DNA of 64,000 bases from Haliotis cracherodii (Eukaryota): positions 55,366,001 to 55,430,000 of the forward strand of contig NW_027266297.1 in assembly GCF_022045235.1 (NCBI RefSeq), given 5' to 3'. The notes beneath the pieces are model-generated. The model worked only from the letters and a program-made list of their open reading frames with translations. It made no database searches and was not told the DNA's origin. The translations under genes and the position numbers were made by a program. This document shows, one piece after another, positions 60,251 to 64,000 of the stretch (its first letter is position 1; the number at the start of each line of letters is the position of its first letter).

Positions 60251-63041
60251 TCTCAAGCTCAAGGCCCCATGATTCTCTGTAACCCTAGGTGAACTTAGTG
60301 GGATTGGAAGTGTTTGGACTGATTTCACTAGGTTTGGTTGGATGGTGAAACTGCCACATCAACTGCCAAGGCCTTACCGTGGAATTCTATTCAGTTCTAA
60401 TCCAGTTGAATCTCATTAAGTAGAAACAGAAAAAGGAATGAGTAGACACTCTTGCTGAGTCTGGACCGTGTCCTTCTGTATTTATCATCACTGGAAACTT
60501 GATAACCAGAAGTGTTGAAGTGGAAACCCCAATTAGGTGAAACATATTGTTGGTCCCCTGGGTCACTGTACATTCAGGTGACACCTAGTCATAATTTTAT
60601 TTCACAATTAGAAGTATAGTATATCATAAGTAGATACTTTGGTCTCAGTCTCTTGATCTGCCACTTAATGAGAGTCAACATTGTTTTCATGTTCATAAAA
60701 ATACCTCCACCTGGCCAGTCTAGCTTGACAATCAATATTACTTCCCATTTTGTTCAAGCGCTCCATGCATTTGACAGTTTGCATTTTGAATCATATGCTG
60801 TGTTTGATATAGATGAAGTAAACAACAAGATTTGAAAAAAGCAGGCTTTGATCATTTCGCTTAACAACAAATAAAGATTGAAAGCTTTAAAATAACAAAT
60901 AAATTTGATCATAAAATAGGTCCTCATCACCAGAGAGATGTTGGAAAGTCAGGTGACCATGTCAGTTTCCAAGTTAAAGTGTGGTTGCCCAGGTCACTAG
61001 CTGGTCGACAAGGCAACATGCTCAACAGAACCCCCAGTTTACAGTAAATCAATCTGTAAGCAGCCTTGCACTTTTATGTTTCCATTTGTAGGAAACCTGC
61101 CATTTGTAGTCAGTTAGTAATCTTGTAGGTAACCAACCAGTTTGCAGGTTACCTAGGCAGGTACCTGGGCATCTGCAGGTAACCAAGCCATTTGTAGGTA
61201 ATTTAGCCACTTGCGGGTAACTTAGCCACTTGCAGGTAACCTAGTCATTTGCTAGTAACCAAGCCATTTGCAGGTAACCAGTCACCACATTCTCCTCCAT
61301 GAAGGGTCAACACACACAATACCTTGGTCCTCATATTCCAACCATTGTTTGATGTCTACCTGACTCTAACACATAAATGGTCCAGGTACCTCTATGCAAC
61401 AAGAAACACCAACCACTTCACCAGACAATGACCAGTAAATAATGCCATTAAACATTATGTTGATATCAGACATTGGATTTCATTCATTCACATCCTGAAG
61501 AGTTACCCCCCTTGTCTCCACACAGCAACATCCACGTCTAATGCCTCTTTCATACATTCCTTATATTCCAATATTGCATGACAACTACAATATGTTCAAA
61601 TATTTCATGAAAACTACAACTTTTCATTACATGGCACGTCAGGATGATGTTTAAAGCCTTTTCAGTACAAATATATACATCTGACTGGAAGAATTAAAAC
61701 AAGAAGTGTATGTAGCTATGTCACTCTCCTGTGATGCAACTAGCAGCTTGAAGAATTCAGGTCAGGCCTGTACACCAGAACAATACACTGTAAGTAGCTA
61801 GGGACCGGTCATTTATTGCAGGGGGTATGGGGAGGGGTGGGCATGTGTGTGTGCGTGCGTGCATGTGCATGTGTGCGTGTATTTAAGAGTATTTTTTATG
61901 CACTTATGTACAGAAAATAAAGACCCCCTAATGCTTGTCACATTTTTGGACAACCCTCCCCATGACCTTGTACCTTTTTTTGATGACCCTGCCCGAAAAG
62001 ACAAAATGCAAAAGCATGTTATATTTTATTATAAAATGTCCATTGTCATGACCCTCCCAAAATAGGTGTATATATTGTTTATGACCCTCCCATAGAGACT
62101 GTAATTTTGGGGGGAACCCTCCCCTGATTACCTCTGACCCACCCTCCCCTGTAATACACGCCCAGTGCCTTACATTCATTAAAGCACATCATAAAGTGCC
62201 TCCTGCCTCAAATAATTCTTAAAAGGATGGCAATTTCTTCCTTGTGCTTGGTGATTAAGTAAGTAGAAGGGCTTGTCTCTTTGGTGTGTGTGTCTCTCTG
62301 TGGTTCTGTATGGATCATAAAAATCAGGTCTTTTACTCAGATACAACATCTCTATGAGAACAGACACTTCCATAGGAAGTCACGTCACATGAACCCGAGT
62401 GAAGCCTGACTGTCCAGTTAAATGAAGAATTATTGATCTACATACAGGAGTTGTTGTTTTCGATCTATATCGAGATATCAAATTCAGGAATGCTTGTCTG
62501 AATGTTTTGCTCACTCCTGCTGAGAACTGAAAAGCCTTGATGCTCATTGGCTGATTAGAACATTCACCAGACGCGACTTTTTATGAAGGAGTCCTCAGAT
62601 GTTTGTGTGGAGAGGTATGCTATCAGCGTAAGAGATCTGATCTTAATGAGATTTTGTCTGGAATTGTTTGTTGCTGGTGTTTGACGTGTCTGTAGGTGTT
62701 ACTGTTGATGTGTCTGAAGTTGTGTCTGTAATGGTGTCTATAGGTGTGTCTGAATGTTTGAATGTTTGTCTGTTGTCGTGTTTGTTGCCGTGTCTGTTGT
62801 TCTGTCTCATTTATGTCTGTATTTGTGTCTTGTTAAAGCACACTGGGTACCCAAGCTACTGTTTTCAGCCAGAAGCAGGATACGTCTGAGGAGTTTTACA
62901 AGAAAGCTATCGGTTACACACTTCCATTCAGACAGACAAGCAGCACACCACTCATGATTCAAATAACATGGCAACTTGACAAGAAACTGCCATGGTGAAG
63001 AATGAAAAAGAGACTATGTACACTTCTAGAGCAGGACACAG

Positions 63042-63322
63042 TTACAACTCGTCTCTCATTTTCTCCAATGTTGTGCCATAATCTGTTGCCTGGCTGCTTA
63101 CGAACTCCTCCTGGTGTTCCCTGATCTCGGGGAAGGTGAGGAAGCCATCTTTGTCCCCGTCTGCCACATCCATGAGGTGGTCCACCTCCTCCACAGCAGA
63201 GTCCATGTTGTCCTGCACCAGCCACTTCTTCAACTCACTGCCCTGCAGGAAACCATCACCGTTCTTGTCATAGTCCTTGAACTGGGTCTCCTCTGTTTTC
63301 CTGGACTCCACATCATCAACAT
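63042..63322 (-). CDS. Last coding exon of a second, tandem CREC-family paralogue (EF-hands 5-6, RDEL); the rest lies beyond the window
   Basis: ggcag acceptor, phase 1, 281 nt, which is the same phase and length as exon 30099-30379. Encodes DKNGDGFLQGSE, DGDKDGFLTFPE and ATDYGTTLEKMRDEL*. Confidence 0.9.
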
Positions 63323-63690
63323 CTGCCAGAGAACAACACACAATTCTGTAGTCAGCACAACAACACACACATGTAGCCAAAACAACAACATGCATCTGAG
63401 CCCACTTGCACAAAGCGATCTTAGAGCTAAGATGATCGTAACTCCCACACATTAACATTGGCCCTGTAGTCAACACAACAACAAACATCTTTAGCCAACA
63501 CAACACACATCTGTAGCCAACACAACAACACACATCTGTAGCCAACGAAACACACATCTGTAGCCAACACAACACACATCTGTAGTCAACACAACAACAT
63601 ACATCTGTAGCCAACACAACACACATCTGTAGCCAACACAACAACACACATCTGTAGCCAACACAACACACATATGTAGTCAACACAATC
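63323..63690. repeat. Minisatellite of acceptor-like units upstream of the paralogue's last exon
   Basis: Plus-strand unit ACACATCTGTAGCCAACACAAC(AAC). Confidence 0.85.
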
Positions 63691-64000
63691 AGGATGCATG
63701 TTCTAATCATGCAACCGCGATAAGGAAAACACTGCATGCATTTCAAACCACAGTGACGGGTGATACGACTCATTCTGTCAAAATCATCATCTATCGTTCG
63801 CTTCAAACATTTGAAATGGAAGAGACTTTCCAAAGTCCATAGGAAGTATTGCAGTACAATCTCAGCCATCTATAAGACATTTCAGAACTTGTTCTGGTTC
63901 AAATTTTGAACCATTTTCAAAGTGTAGTCAGAAACTTGTGTCATAATGTTGACTTCCCGTTAACCATTTTATCATGTCCATTGGTTGGCCAAAGTTCGCA

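Noticed and set aside
59524-60328. ORFs with (ISGYHRPERNL)n and (LACGTQRLGSS)n
   Set aside because: They derive from the 33-bp tandem repeat, with no coding evidence.
63323-63869. Cys-rich N-terminal part of the 275-aa ORF 63042-63869
   Set aside because: This is intronic repeat read-through. The real exon starts at the acceptor at 63322, matching the paralogous exon length.

Overview
Eukaryotic, intron-rich genomic DNA from an invertebrate. A gastropod mollusc is inferred from the SINE and repeat content; this is not proven. Four host genes were reconstructed by reading splice sites: (1) a complete 15-exon GNL2/NOG2 nucleolar GTPase (minus, 3679-23010, about 746 aa); (2) a three-exon, 77-aa CENP-W-like histone-fold gene (plus, 23227-28322), head-to-head with GNL2 only 216 bp away and almost invisible in the ORF track; (3) a complete CREC-family (reticulocalbin/calumenin-like) six-EF-hand ER protein ending in KDEL (minus, 30099-45415, about 326 aa); (4) the last exon of its tandem paralogue ending in RDEL (63042-63322). 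Introns and the intergenic block carry many mobile elements. These include an internally deleted DIRS retroelement with intact inverted termini and ICR, a decayed intron-containing Crypton-type tyrosine recombinase, a Sailor-like (about DD83E) Tc1/mariner with about 250-bp TIRs, Tc1 remnants, a Penelope-like remnant with a decayed hammerhead, MITEs with 2/3/6/9-bp TSDs, four SINE-like families sharing one 3' tail, and many minisatellites. Most long ORFs in the supplied track are artefacts of tandem repeats. There is one assembly gap at 16249-16393. No homology searches could be run, so family assignments rest on recalled motifs.
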